DNA from: a virus
Lineage: Duplodnaviria > Caudoviricetes
Virus record (IMG/VR): IMGVR_UViG_3300037520_000542
Span: 1-60,354 of that record
DNA: 60,354 nucleotides
Reading direction: 5' to 3' (one strand)
Each line of letters begins with the position of its first letter. Position 1 is the first letter of the stretch. Under the pieces are notes generated by a model. It did no database searches, was not told the DNA's origin, and saw nothing but the letters and a program-made list of their open reading frames with translations. A program made the position numbers and the translations under genes. This document shows, piece after piece, positions 16,562-27,500 of the stretch.

Positions 16562-19500
16562 AGAAACTGCTCACGGCTGGCTTCAATCCCGCGAAGCCTA
16601 TCTCCTGCGCCCGGAGCCGCTACGGCGAAGTCATCATCGCGCAGGGCGGCGGCGTGCGGCCCAGACGATGGTCAGGCGCTTTGGCTGACGTGGCGGCCAA
16701 AGCGGGGCTTGAGGCTCCTCGCGACCCGCCCACCATTATCGTTGATCCCGCCAAGCGGTACTACGTTGCTCGCGTCGATGTGACCAAGCCGGGAGCCTGC
16801 TACAACGCGCCACCCGCCGTCACGTTTGCCACGCCATCGCCGCTGCCAACTGGCTTTCGGGCCGCAAAGGCCACGTCCTACCTGAGCCAGTCGTCGGTGG
16901 GCGAAATCCTCGTTACCGATGGGGGCAAGAACTACCTTGAGCCCCCAGCGGTGTCGCTGGGCAGCACGCACGGCACCGGTGCAGTTCTGACCGCATCGCT
17001 CGATGGCACGCCGCCGAGTGCTGACGGGTTGCATCACTGGGAGATCGTGGACGGCCCGCCGTTCGCAGATGAAACGGAGAACGACGTTCTGTCGCGCACG
17101 GCGTTCGCCGCGTGGCGGCCCCTTGAACTGACCATCTCCGGAAGCGGCGGCACCGTAACTGATACGTTTGGCGTTGCCGGATGGGACTGCGGGCCACCGG
17201 TCCCAATGCCGATCTACTACACGCTGAACCTCGCCTACACCGTAACTGGCGCGGGCTCTGGGACGGGTTGCAAGATTCGGGTCGGCTTCTACGGAGCCAA
17301 CTACTGGACATCTTCCACGAACCCGTGCGTCATCAAATGGAATCTTGCGTGGGGGGTTTCCGGCATTTCGCTCATCTCGCCCGGCACAGGGTATTCCGCA
17401 AACTCTGTTGTTCGCGTTGAGATTCGCAGCGGCTATTCGCAGTCTGGTGCCACGCTCACGACCAATCCGTCAGGGGCGAGAAAAATCGTCCTAGAGGGCT
17501 GCACTCCCGGCAATGCCCGAAACACGACGACGCCGCGATTCAAGGTCGCCAACCTCGCCATCAGCAACGCTGGCTCCGGCTACACGGTCGCTCCGGAAAT
17601 CCAGATTCGCTCCACCACCGGCTTCGGGGCATCTGCCGAGTCCACCGTCACTAACGGCAAGATCACTGCCTTGTCGCTTCAGAGCGGCGGAGGCGGATAC
17701 CGCACCGTGCCGTCTGTCACTGCGGTGTCGGGCCAAGCGGAGGCGTTCGCGGTCGCCCGCCCGCACCTTCGTGGCAAGTACCAGTGCTACTACAGGTTCA
17801 TCACTGTTCCCACTTTGGATGATCGCGCTCCGGCTGCGCCCGGCAATCTTTCGCCAGTTGCAGAGGTTGATACAGGCGAAGGGACGCGGCTAATACAGTG
17901 GCAGTGGGGCGGGCCTCTGTATGCGGACAAGCCCGTGAAGGTGGAGTTGTGGAGGACAACCAGCAACCAAGCCACCACTCTCTACAGGGTCGCCACTGTC
18001 GATCAATCTTCAGGATCGCAGGCCGATCCCGAATCCGGCTTCTTTGACAACCTGACTGACGAAGAGTTGCGCGACGCCAACCGCGCAGGCTACGCCGCCA
18101 TGCCAATCGTCATGCCGAATGGCGACCTAAATGCCATGCGATTCGGGGTGCCGCCTTTCGACAAGGCGGTGGTGGTGCATTTCCAAGATCGCATGTGGTA
18201 CGCCGTAGATGTTCCGCCCCCTACTCCTGAACCGGGCTACTTGGGGCCAGAGCCGAACAGCATCTACTTCTCGGAGGTGGACGAGCCGGAAAGCGTGCCG
18301 AAGACCAACGAGATTGTGCTGCAACAGAACTCCCGAGACGGCGACTCCATAACGGCACTCATGCCCTTCGGTGCGTCTCTGATAATCATGCAGAACCGCC
18401 GATGCTATTCGTTGAGTTTCGCACGCAAGCCGCTTCTGGACGCGGACATTACCCCGCTCGCGTATCGCGGATGCCTGAACCAGCGATGCTGGGACACGCA
18501 TGGCGGAATCGGATACGCAATGGATCGGTCTGGCATCTACGCCATTGCTGGCTCTGGCGAAGTGCAGGACTTGTCGGCTCCAATCGCGGATATGTTTCGC
18601 TCGCGGATTGACTTCTCTCGCTCGACGTGGAACTTCCTCGTCATCGACCCCGTCACGAGGATTCTCCGGGCCTTTGTTTTCTTCACCGGAGACGGAGACG
18701 ATCCGTTCAACGCCCCTACGCGGGTGCTGTGCTACAGCATCGACACGAAGACGTGGTGGGTCGAGCGTTACCCGCACCGCATCACGGCGGGCGTGCCGAT
18801 GCGTCTCGGCAATGACTACCGGTGCGCCTACGCGGGCAAGGGCGGGGTGTACCTACTCGATCACGGCTCCACCGACTTGGCTCGCGGGACCATCACGCTC
18901 GTGTCGGTCATGGATCGCGGTGCTGGGTATCGGACGCCGCCCGCCGTGACATCCGAAGGCATTGTCGGAGCGGAAATGCAGGCCGTCGTGGACGGTCAGG
19001 GCGGGGTTAGCGGAGTCTGGATTCTGCATGGCGGACGAGATGCCGATGGTCCCGAGATTGCGTTGGGGCCACCGAACGACCCCACCTGCCAATCCCCGCG
19101 ACAGGCGACCGTGTATTGCATAGCCACGTCGCCAGATTCGGACACTCCGACGTGCCCGGCCTATCGCTACAAGACCGGCAACTACGAATACCCCACTGAC
19201 GCCACAAAGGGCGGCGACGTTGAGAATCCTCGATCCGTGTCGCTGACCTACAAGCCGCAGCCGTCTGCGTGCGAAATCTCGATGAAGATGTACTACAACA
19301 ACTCGCCGCACCCGAGACCCAACATCGCGCCGCGAACGCGGAACGCAGGCTTCCGGGCCACGACGCCGGACGCTGCGTCACGGTTGGACATGGGCAAACT
19401 CACGGCTGAGTACGGCTACGACAGCGGCGTGGCAACGTCGGTGTTCTCTGGCAAGACGCTGGAGGACATGCGATCCGCAGACCGGCATGTGTCTGTGGAA

Positions 19501-19578
19501 CTCATCGGTGCCCGTCGCACAAGCGACCCTGTCATCGTCTATCAGTTGGACGTTTTCGGCACCACAGGGGGTGCGTAA
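16558..19578 (+). CDS. Tail nozzle/stabilisation-like protein with inserted GxGY..PxV repeats
   Basis: Propeller-like VVHFQDRMWY...IYFSEVDEPES...ITALMPFG; repeats such as AGSGYTVAPEI, GGGYRTVPSV, GAGYRTPPAV. Confidence 0.7.
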   Translation: MKKLLTAGFNPAKPISCARSRYGEVIIAQGGGVRPRRWSGALADVAAKAGLEAPRDPPTIIVDPAKRYYVARVDVTKPGACYNAPPAVTFATPSPLPTGFRAAKATSYLSQSSVGEILVTDGGKNYLEPPAVSLGSTHGTGAVLTASLDGTPPSADGLHHWEIVDGPPFADETENDVLSRTAFAAWRPLELTISGSGGTVTDTFGVAGWDCGPPVPMPIYYTLNLAYTVTGAGSGTGCKIRVGFYGANYWTSSTNPCVIKWNLAWGVSGISLISPGTGYSANSVVRVEIRSGYSQSGATLTTNPSGARKIVLEGCTPGNARNTTTPRFKVANLAISNAGSGYTVAPEIQIRSTTGFGASAESTVTNGKITALSLQSGGGGYRTVPSVTAVSGQAEAFAVARPHLRGKYQCYYRFITVPTLDDRAPAAPGNLSPVAEVDTGEGTRLIQWQWGGPLYADKPVKVELWRTTSNQATTLYRVATVDQSSGSQADPESGFFDNLTDEELRDANRAGYAAMPIVMPNGDLNAMRFGVPPFDKAVVVHFQDRMWYAVDVPPPTPEPGYLGPEPNSIYFSEVDEPESVPKTNEIVLQQNSRDGDSITALMPFGASLIIMQNRRCYSLSFARKPLLDADITPLAYRGCLNQRCWDTHGGIGYAMDRSGIYAIAGSGEVQDLSAPIADMFRSRIDFSRSTWNFLVIDPVTRILRAFVFFTGDGDDPFNAPTRVLCYSIDTKTWWVERYPHRITAGVPMRLGNDYRCAYAGKGGVYLLDHGSTDLARGTITLVSVMDRGAGYRTPPAVTSEGIVGAEMQAVVDGQGGVSGVWILHGGRDADGPEIALGPPNDPTCQSPRQATVYCIATSPDSDTPTCPAYRYKTGNYEYPTDATKGGDVENPRSVSLTYKPQPSACEISMKMYYNNSPHPRPNIAPRTRNAGFRATTPDAASRLDMGKLTAEYGYDSGVATSVFSGKTLEDMRSADRHVSVELIGARRTSDPVIVYQLDVFGTTGGA

Positions 19579-21308
19579 TGTCGTACGCCGACCAGCGCGC
19601 ACAGTTGCGGAACGCGCTCGTGTCTGCCGGGCTCAACCCTGACGCCGCGAGCAGCATCGCGAGCATCCTCGCCAACACGGCTCAGGACTCGCTTCAGTCG
19701 GCACGCACACGCAAGGACACGACGCCGGACGGCTTGCGAATGGTTGGGCCAGACGACCGCAAGCACGTCTTCCAGAACCTCGACTTTCGGGCTGGCGACC
19801 CCGACTATCGGCAGCAGCGAGTGCCTTCCTCTGAGCAGGACGTTCGCCCGCAGCCAGCACCGAACGTGACGGAGAACACTGCGCCTCAGCAGACCCCCGC
19901 TACTTTCCGCGTGGCTGGCGGCAATCTTTCGGATGCGGCTGGTGCTGGCGACTCCGTTCAGGTTGGCGTCCGCTCGCGAGTGGCGAAGCAGCCTCCCGGA
20001 CGGCTTCCGATCACGATGCTGGACAAGCAGTCCAACACGCTCGTCGGCAAGGAGTTGAGGACAGTATCCGGCGGAGACGACGGTCGCGTTCGCTTCGACG
20101 TTAGCGAAGGCCCGAGAGAGGTTGGGGTTGGCCTGCAACTGGAGAACATCTCCCGCTATCGCGTCATCACCGGCATCGAGTACGAGCCGGGCATGGGCCT
20201 TCGCATCCAATACTCCACCATCTCCGCATGGGACGAGCGAGACAAGGAGACGCGGTGGCTGCACATGAACGAGCAGCGGGTCGTCACGGAGATCGTAGAC
20301 GACCTCAAGGGGCCGCGAGCCCATACGGCATACGTCCCCACGTTCCGCTCTCGCCCGCGAGTCAACGGCGGCGACCCGTCTGTGCGTGGCAATCTGGGCG
20401 ACGACTTGTTCTTCAACCTCGTCCGCGTCGGCACCTTCACTGGCGGCTGGAACATCGGGTCCACGAAGACCGTCACGCAGGTCTGGCCCGAGAGCGGCCG
20501 GAACGTGCAGGTGATGAACGGGACGCTTGCGGTGGCCGACACTGCCGAGACGAAGTACGTCCTGTTCTTTGCCCGCACCGAAGACAAGAAGGCTCCGGAA
20601 GAGGTTCGCGGCGAGGACGAGAACCCGCTCCCCAAGATTGTCGCTGGCACTGAACCGGCGGTGGCGTATTACGCCATCGAGATTCAGCACGCCACTGAGT
20701 GCATCGCCTTCTCGTCGCTCAACGGGAAGCGAGTGCAAGACCTTACAGGCTTCGACAGCACCAAGATTCAGGCGCTCACGCACGCCGTTGGCAGTCCTGC
20801 GTGCCTGCGATGGGATGGTGCCAAGATTGATGTGGTCACGGACGTGCAGTTCGAGGGAGGGTCGATTGTTGTCACCAAGACCCCTATCTACATCCTAAAG
20901 GCCGACGCTCCCTATGAGAGTAACTCGCTGGAGTTCAGCCCCGTGACCGCAGTCGAGGAACTGGGATTCGACGGCACCAACCTGTATGGCGACCGCAAGA
21001 CGTTCTATGCCCTTTCGCCATCGACCGCCTCCGACACTACTGTTTCGACCTACGCGATAAACGCCCTAGAAAATCTGTCTCTCGGCGGTGTCGGGCTCTA
21101 TGCGGATGTCAACGAGTTGCGTGTGTTCCAAGTCACTCCGCAAAGCGCAGCGGAAGTGCCGCTGGACGACGTGGAGGCTGGCGACTGCGTTGTGCTGGGC
21201 GAATCTTCCTTGACGCAGAACAGCGTGACCTTCCGTGCTTTCAATGCCGGGTCTGGCTATTGCACGTCGATTCCGCTGACGGATTGCGAAGAGCCGCCTC
21301 CTGAGTGA
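19578..21308 (+). CDS. Probable tail or fibre-associated protein (576 aa)
   Basis: Position; beta-rich repeats (VVTDVQF, VITGIEY). Confidence 0.55.
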   Translation: MSYADQRAQLRNALVSAGLNPDAASSIASILANTAQDSLQSARTRKDTTPDGLRMVGPDDRKHVFQNLDFRAGDPDYRQQRVPSSEQDVRPQPAPNVTENTAPQQTPATFRVAGGNLSDAAGAGDSVQVGVRSRVAKQPPGRLPITMLDKQSNTLVGKELRTVSGGDDGRVRFDVSEGPREVGVGLQLENISRYRVITGIEYEPGMGLRIQYSTISAWDERDKETRWLHMNEQRVVTEIVDDLKGPRAHTAYVPTFRSRPRVNGGDPSVRGNLGDDLFFNLVRVGTFTGGWNIGSTKTVTQVWPESGRNVQVMNGTLAVADTAETKYVLFFARTEDKKAPEEVRGEDENPLPKIVAGTEPAVAYYAIEIQHATECIAFSSLNGKRVQDLTGFDSTKIQALTHAVGSPACLRWDGAKIDVVTDVQFEGGSIVVTKTPIYILKADAPYESNSLEFSPVTAVEELGFDGTNLYGDRKTFYALSPSTASDTTVSTYAINALENLSLGGVGLYADVNELRVFQVTPQSAAEVPLDDVEAGDCVVLGESSLTQNSVTFRAFNAGSGYCTSIPLTDCEEPPPE

Positions 21309-21318
21309 GAGACTGACT

Positions 21319-21936
21319 GTGGGCCTGTACCGATACGAAGGCAAGTTGTTGGTTCGCGGTGGCGCGCTAGCCACGTCCAGCGATTGTTGTTGCGGCGGCC
21401 CGCCACCGTGCGTGCCGTGCCCCGAAAATGTCTGCGACTTTCCGGCGGGGATCTTGTACGACTATCTCAATGTGCCGGGACTAAACTGTCAGGCGTTCAC
21501 CACTTGGGACTCCCAAGTCTATCGCGTCATCAATAAGGCCAGCGCGGGGACGCCCGGAAATCCGTTCTTGCTGCCAGAGGGCCTGTCGTGGAAGAGTGGA
21601 TACCCAGACGCGCTTTTCGGGTGTACATGGGCAAGTGTGGTACATCGTCGGCTTCGTGCCCAGTGTTATCAGTGCGGCGATGAAATAACGAACGACGGCA
21701 GCGAACAGCAGTTTTTCGGCCAGCAGTCGAAGTTCAGAATCGTACAACTCGTCTGCGCTGGCGGGCCTGAGTCAGCGGAAATCCTCGATCTCACCTCCGA
21801 CGCCGTCGAGGGCGACGTGGACCGTGACGACACCGTTTTTCAAGGCAATCCCGGCTGCTCTAGCACGCCGTTTGCAGTCACCCCATGGTTGCCGTTCTTT
21901 CCCGACCCCGAGCCCGTCTGCAACGAGTTCCCATGA
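21319..21936 (+). CDS. Cys-rich protein (205 aa)
   Basis: GKLLVRGGALATSSDCCCG N-terminus. Confidence 0.65.
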   Translation: MGLYRYEGKLLVRGGALATSSDCCCGGPPPCVPCPENVCDFPAGILYDYLNVPGLNCQAFTTWDSQVYRVINKASAGTPGNPFLLPEGLSWKSGYPDALFGCTWASVVHRRLRAQCYQCGDEITNDGSEQQFFGQQSKFRIVQLVCAGGPESAEILDLTSDAVEGDVDRDDTVFQGNPGCSSTPFAVTPWLPFFPDPEPVCNEFP

Positions 21937-22331
21937 TTACTGGTCGCCGCACATCTTTTGAAGCCCGATGCCGTGAGCGTGGCACCACACTCGACGCGGT
22001 GCGTGCGTGCATCGTCAGCGAGGACGGTGACAAGATCACGGTGGACGAAACGCACGAGGCATACCCGAAGGCACCTCCACCGCCGACGCTTCCCGAGCGG
22101 GTGGCGAACTTCGCGGTAGCCGCCGCCCAGCACGTCGCCGCCGGTGCCCCTCTGGCCTCCGAAGGCGAGGTTGAGCGTCGTCACGCGATCTGCCAGTCCT
22201 GCGAGTTTTTCGACGGGAAAGCCTGCTCTAAGTGCGGGTGCCCGGTCGTCCGGGAGCGGCAGTACATCAGCAAACTGTCGTGGGCCGAACAGTCCTGCCC
22301 GGTCGGGAAGTGGGGTCCAGAGCCCCACTAA
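21933..22331 (+). CDS. Cys-rich small protein (DUF6171-like C-terminus)
   Basis: RHAICQSCEFF...CSKCGC...KLSWAEQSCPVGKW. Confidence 0.7.
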   Translation: MITGRRTSFEARCRERGTTLDAVRACIVSEDGDKITVDETHEAYPKAPPPPTLPERVANFAVAAAQHVAAGAPLASEGEVERRHAICQSCEFFDGKACSKCGCPVVRERQYISKLSWAEQSCPVGKWGPEPH

Positions 22332-22356
22332 CTCCGCCGTTCCGCCTGCCCCTCGC

Positions 22357-22367
22357 GGACATAAATC
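22357..22367 (+). promoter_or_regulatory. Putative late-promoter motif
   Basis: GGACATAAATC, 17 nt before ATG 22385. Confidence 0.6.
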
Positions 22368-22384
22368 TAGCGAGAGGCAGGCAC

Positions 22385-22900
22385 ATGCAGGTCAACAAGC
22401 GACTACAGGCTCCCACGTCCGCCATTCAGTCGAGTCGTTCATCGACGTACGACTACAGCGGCCTTGAGGACTTGGTGAAGCGTCAGGACGCCGTTGCTCC
22501 GCTGCGTGAGCAGAAGTACGCGGCCCTGTACAGCGGCGACATTCCCGGCTCTGTGACGGCAGGCCAGAAGATTCGCGACCTGCTGAAGGTCATCCAGCGG
22601 CACAACCCCAACGCGACTGAACGTGACCCCGTTGCGTTCTCGCAAGACCTGAAGCGGCCGGGCCGGGAAGAGTCCTCGTCCAGCGGCTCCTACAGGGGCG
22701 CCGTGATGGAGGAGGGCGCTCCGCCCGCCATCGAGATGCCGCAGGGTGGCAAGCGGGCCGTCGCTCCCATTGCTCCGGTCGCTGCCCCAGCACTCGCTCT
22801 CCCTGCGTCGGCGGTGAAGCGAAAGGCGGTCCCCGCCATTACGGACGTGATTGACGACCCGACCGGCGAGCGTCTTCGCCGGATCGCCGCAACTGCATGA
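22385..22900 (+). CDS. Hypothetical protein (171 aa)
   Basis: ATG after the promoter motif and a GAGG RBS. Confidence 0.7.
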   Translation: MQVNKRLQAPTSAIQSSRSSTYDYSGLEDLVKRQDAVAPLREQKYAALYSGDIPGSVTAGQKIRDLLKVIQRHNPNATERDPVAFSQDLKRPGREESSSSGSYRGAVMEEGAPPAIEMPQGGKRAVAPIAPVAAPALALPASAVKRKAVPAITDVIDDPTGERLRRIAATA

Positions 22901-22908
22901 GGTAAGCG

Positions 22909-23280
22909 ATGTACTACGGACCCAGAAAAGCATCGGTGTACGACCCGCAGGACGTGAAGTCCGCGATGTGGAGCGGCAGTTCTCTCGGCAGGCAGATTGG
23001 CACCGAGATGGACAAGTGGCACGGTGCCTTCGACGCACAGGACGCGCAGGCTCGTGCCGCTCAGCAGCGGCAGCAGGCCCAGCAGGCCCAGCAGGCCCAG
23101 CACGAGCAGTCTCTTCAGGCCGCAGAGCAGCAGCGGCGGGCGTACGAGTCCGAAACCAACCGCATGGGGCAGAGCCAGAAGTACAGCCTTCTCGGCGGGC
23201 TTCTGGGCGGCGGCATGGGCGGCATGGGCGGCATGAGGCGGACGTTTGGGGATCGGCCCGCATCGCAGAGGCGTTACTGA
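22909..23280 (+). CDS. Probable internal virion protein (Gln/Gly-rich)
   Basis: RBS GAGG; low-complexity helical sequence. Confidence 0.6.
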   Translation: MYYGPRKASVYDPQDVKSAMWSGSSLGRQIGTEMDKWHGAFDAQDAQARAAQQRQQAQQAQQAQHEQSLQAAEQQRRAYESETNRMGQSQKYSLLGGLLGGGMGGMGGMRRTFGDRPASQRRY

Positions 23281-23281
23281 C

Positions 23282-23653
23282 GTGGCGTACAGCACCGGAT
23301 ACAGCGCTGGCGGTCGCCTTCTCGGGGGACTGAGCAAGAACCCCAACGTGGCGGCGTTTGGCAAGGCAAAAGCCATGTCGAGCGCTGCCGGTCTTGGCAT
23401 GCAGAAGGCGTCCGACGACCAGCGGATGGCTCTCGACCAGATGCAGGAGGACAGCCAGCAGCGCATGCGTCAGGCGGGCAACGCTGCAACCCGTGCGTCA
23501 AACGAGTCGCAGCAGCGGATTCAGGAAGGCAACCTCAACAACCGCAGGTCCGTCTTCGACATGGATATGTCCTACGACTACGCCCGCCAGCGCCGAAAGA
23601 AGGACATGGACTTCCGGCAGATGCTGTTCGACGGCCTCACGAGGGACTTCTGA
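23282..23653 (+). CDS. Probable internal virion protein
   Basis: Coiled-coil, Gln/Arg-rich; GTG start inferred. Confidence 0.55.
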   Translation: MAYSTGYSAGGRLLGGLSKNPNVAAFGKAKAMSSAAGLGMQKASDDQRMALDQMQEDSQQRMRQAGNAATRASNESQQRIQEGNLNNRRSVFDMDMSYDYARQRRKKDMDFRQMLFDGLTRDF

Positions 23654-24193
23654 ATGGCTGTCGGCTCTGACTCTCGTCTTGGCCCGGTGCCCCGTATGAA
23701 CAAGCCGATGGGCCCGCCGCGTCCTGCTGCGCCCACGTCTCAGCAGCCACGCAGGTACTCCGGTGCGCCGCAGGTCAACGACAACGCGATGGCGGACATG
23801 GCGAACAACCGGCTGGCCGAAGCGGTCGGTGCCGGGAGTTCTGCCAGAAGTGCGATGGACCGTGCGGGCATCTCTCGCGGCAAGGGGCACCAGTACGCCG
23901 CCGACATGGCTGAGGCCGCATCGGACGCTCAGGCTCGCGCCGAAGTAGCCCAGATGGAGCAGGGCGCTGCCAAGCAGAACGCGATGTCGCGTCAGGCGTA
24001 CGACAACATGCGATCCAACGAGCGGCTCCAGTACGACGGGCTGCTTGAGAACCTCCGCAGCAACCAAGCGTCGGAGCGGACGGCTCGTCGCGGCTGGGGG
24101 CAAGACCTGTACGAGACGATGCGTCGGGGCCAGTTCGGGCTCGATGGAATCCAACTCGACTACATGCCGCTTTTGGCTCGCCTTTTCCAGTAG
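23654..24193 (+). CDS. Probable internal virion protein
   Basis: Ala/Gln-rich helical ORF in the operon. Confidence 0.6.
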   Translation: MAVGSDSRLGPVPRMNKPMGPPRPAAPTSQQPRRYSGAPQVNDNAMADMANNRLAEAVGAGSSARSAMDRAGISRGKGHQYAADMAEAASDAQARAEVAQMEQGAAKQNAMSRQAYDNMRSNERLQYDGLLENLRSNQASERTARRGWGQDLYETMRRGQFGLDGIQLDYMPLLARLFQ

Positions 24194-24201
24194 GAGTTCC
24201 C

Positions 24202-24510
24202 ATGTCTCAGGAAGGTATGGACGAGAAAGTTCTGTCGCAGATGAACGCCCCTGCGCTGCGTGAGTACATCCGCAGCCTGCTGGCGAAGCGCGGCAAGCCC
24301 CGTAGCGACAAGGAGTCGAAGGAGGCGGACAAGGAGCGGGAAGACCTTGCTGACCTGCACGAAGAGACGAAGGGCAAGACCGCTGGCGTTCCTGTGACTG
24401 ACGAGGACATGCCGTTCGATCTTGGCGGCGACGAGGAATCAGACGGCGACGAGGAAGACTCGCAGGCCAGCGAGCCGCCCGCCCCGCCCAAGAAGAAGAA
24501 GGACAAGTAA
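24202..24510 (+). CDS. Highly charged hypothetical protein (102 aa)
   Basis: RBS AGGAG. Confidence 0.7.
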   Translation: MSQEGMDEKVLSQMNAPALREYIRSLLAKRGKPRSDKESKEADKEREDLADLHEETKGKTAGVPVTDEDMPFDLGGDEESDGDEEDSQASEPPAPPKKKKDK

Positions 24511-27500
24511 TGGGCGTAGGCAGTCAGGTACAGACCGCAGTTGGTGCAGCCGCATCAGCCGGTCGTGGCGTGCAGGCTGTTCCCAGCAACACCCTGACCA
24601 AACTGATCGCCATAGTCCGCGCTCGCCGTGCCGGTCGTGCGGCGGGCCCGCTCACAGACGGCGAACTGAAGGACATTATGGCCGCAGTGCAGCGCGGCGA
24701 GATGACCGACCTTCAGGCTGCGGAGTACGTCCAGCGACTTCAGCAGACTTCCGCCCCAGTGGACGAGGCTGTCGAGGCTCCCGCTGCCGCTGTCGTGACG
24801 CCGCCTGCGGAGCCGACCGCCGCCCGGCCTTTCTCGCAGGGTGAGGGCGGACGGCTTTTCAGCGACACGGAGCCCTCCATCGAGGTTCGTCCTTCCGGTG
24901 ACGGCGAGACGTTTGTCTATCCGGACGGCACCGTCGTGGACGTGTTTGGCAACGTCGTCGGCACGCGGGCGGTGGACGAGGGCATCGACAACCTCGATGC
25001 GTCGGCCACCGATCTTGGGCCAGAGAGCGGAAAGCCTTCGCCTGCCCGACGTGGCGGCAAGTCAAACCTGACTCCCAACACCGCCAAGACCGATCCGCAG
25101 GAGTTTCTGGCGCAGTCCATCTTCCAGATGACGGCTCGTGCCGACACTGAGCCCGTCAACACGCAGTCGCTCAAGCGCCTTCTGAGTCAGGCCCAGAAGT
25201 ACCGCACCGGCGATACCAACTGGATGCAGTTGAGCGAAGCGTTCAGCAAGATGGACGCCAACCAGCGCGCTGCGGCATTGGCGGCGCTGCCCGAAAACAC
25301 GCGGCAGTTCCTCGCCTCTGTCAACCGCGACCCGGAGGTGGCAGCGGCCCGCCTCGCGCGACTTGAGGAGATGGCTGGCGTCAGCAATGCCGACCGTGCC
25401 GCCGAGCAGATCGACACTGCCGCACAGGCTCGTGCCGCTGCCAACACGCCTCGCCCCGCATCTGGCGACCGTGCTGGTGCTGTGGCCGACATCGGGGCCG
25501 CGAGGGAGTTGCTTGGGGAATCCCTGCCTGCTGGCGACTGGAACGCCCTGACTTCCGCCTTCAACAAACTGGACGACGAGCAGCGTGCCGCCGTGTTTGC
25601 GGCCCTGCCTGCGGACACGAGGAAGTTTCTGTCCGGCATGGTCGATCCGAGCCAGCCGACGCCTGCGTTCCTGCCGAATCTCGTGGCCGAGCGAACCCGA
25701 CGATCCGACGTGTCTGGACTGCCCGACCCGCTGGCCGCGAGACAGGCGGCCCCGCAGGGGAACACCGACACCGCCGCCATGCTGATCGACCTGACGGCAT
25801 CCCGCGTGGCCGCTCAGAAGCAGTCTGCCATGCTGGCGATTGGCGACGAGATCGAGGCCGCTCGCGGCAACAAGGAGGCGATGGACTCTCTCGTCGCCCG
25901 ACGCGAAGAGATCAAGTCGGAGTTTGACGCCATCCTCTCGTCACGCGAGCGGCTTGCAGCGATTGCGGCACGGCAGGCGGACGACGAGTCAATGGCCGCA
26001 ATGGAGTCCCTTGACGCTGCGGCCCGAAAGGCGGACAGCGAAGGGGATGCGGCTCGTGCTGTTGAGTTGCGCCGCAAGATCGGCCTCGTTGAGCGTCAGG
26101 TTGCGGAGAGGGCTCAGTCGTTTGAGGCGGCTCTTTCTCCTGCGCCGTCCACAGCAGCGGCAGGGCTGGACGAATCTGTCGATGCTGCACGTTTTGACAA
26201 CGAGAACTTGCAGGCTGCGACCGCCCTTCGCAACGCCATCATCGGCACCGACCCGATGTATCGTGCCGAGCAACGCCGACTTCTCGACGCCAGCCGTCCG
26301 CAGCCCCAGCCCGCCGCCATCACGCCGGGTGCCCGCACGCCCGTTTTCGCAACAGATGTTCCTGCGGCCGAAATGCCGACGCAGTTCGATGCGGCTCTGG
26401 CTGCTGCTGGCGAGGCACAGACTCGCCGCGATGCCCGTGCGCCCGGCGGCGGCTTGAGCGAGGCGGATCGGCTGGACGCTGGTCAGGCCGCTTCGCAGCG
26501 CGAACTCCCGTTCTTCTTGCGTGGCCGCGACCGCAACGACCCGTTTGAGACTCGCCCTCGTGGGTCGCGTGGCATTGAGGGCAATGACCTCCGAGCCATC
26601 GAGAAGGCAACGGAGATGGAGCGCCAGATCGAAAGCGCTCAGGGCGAACTCGACGCCGCACTTGCCGACGCCGCAAAGGCTTCCGGCGTCCCGGCGATGG
26701 CTGCTGCCAAGTCGCGTGTCGAGCAGGCGGAGGCCCGCGTTCGGGCAGCGATGAACGCCATGGACGAGGCGTACCCCCCGCGTCTCGTAAACCCCAAGAC
26801 GGGGCAGTGGAAGCCGTACAAGGGCGGCGAAGTTCCGAAGGGCATGTACGTCGAGCGTGGCCGCAAGGCGATGGCGGAGTCGCGGCTCAACAAGGGAGGC
26901 CAGCAGGAAACTTACGACGACCTTGTTCTGGGGATGGTGGGCGCAAGACCGAAGGCCAAGCGAAACCTAGACAGGGCCAGCGAGGGGCTTTCGTCTGAGG
27001 ACGTGACCAACCTGACCTCTGACGCCGAGCGTGTATTTGGGGACGACGCCGACGAGTTCTTCGACGTTGACTTTGACGACGACTGGGCTGTTGACCCTCT
27101 CGACCTTGAGACGGCGGGAAGGCCCAAGAAGGGCCGACTTGGCGGGCAGCAGCAGCAGAGCCGGATTGAGTCCGCCATGCAGCGCATGTTTGGCGACACC
27201 AATCCGTTTGAACTTACGGACGCCGAGTTCAATCCCTTGTTCGCAAACGGCGAGGCGGTCGCGGAGGAGATTCTCGCCAAGAACACCATCTTCAAGCCGG
27301 GAACCGCGAACTACGAGTTAGCGAAGTCTCGCATTGGGCAACTGGTGGACCGCAAGTTCCAGTCTGCCGCGAAGAGGAATCCGCGAGACGCACAGTTCAT
27401 TCCCGACGACGACAGCATTGACGCTGTTGCGAACTCTGCCACCAATCTCGGTGACGATGCCATCGCACCAACGGGCGGAAGCACTGCGCAAATCGGTGAC

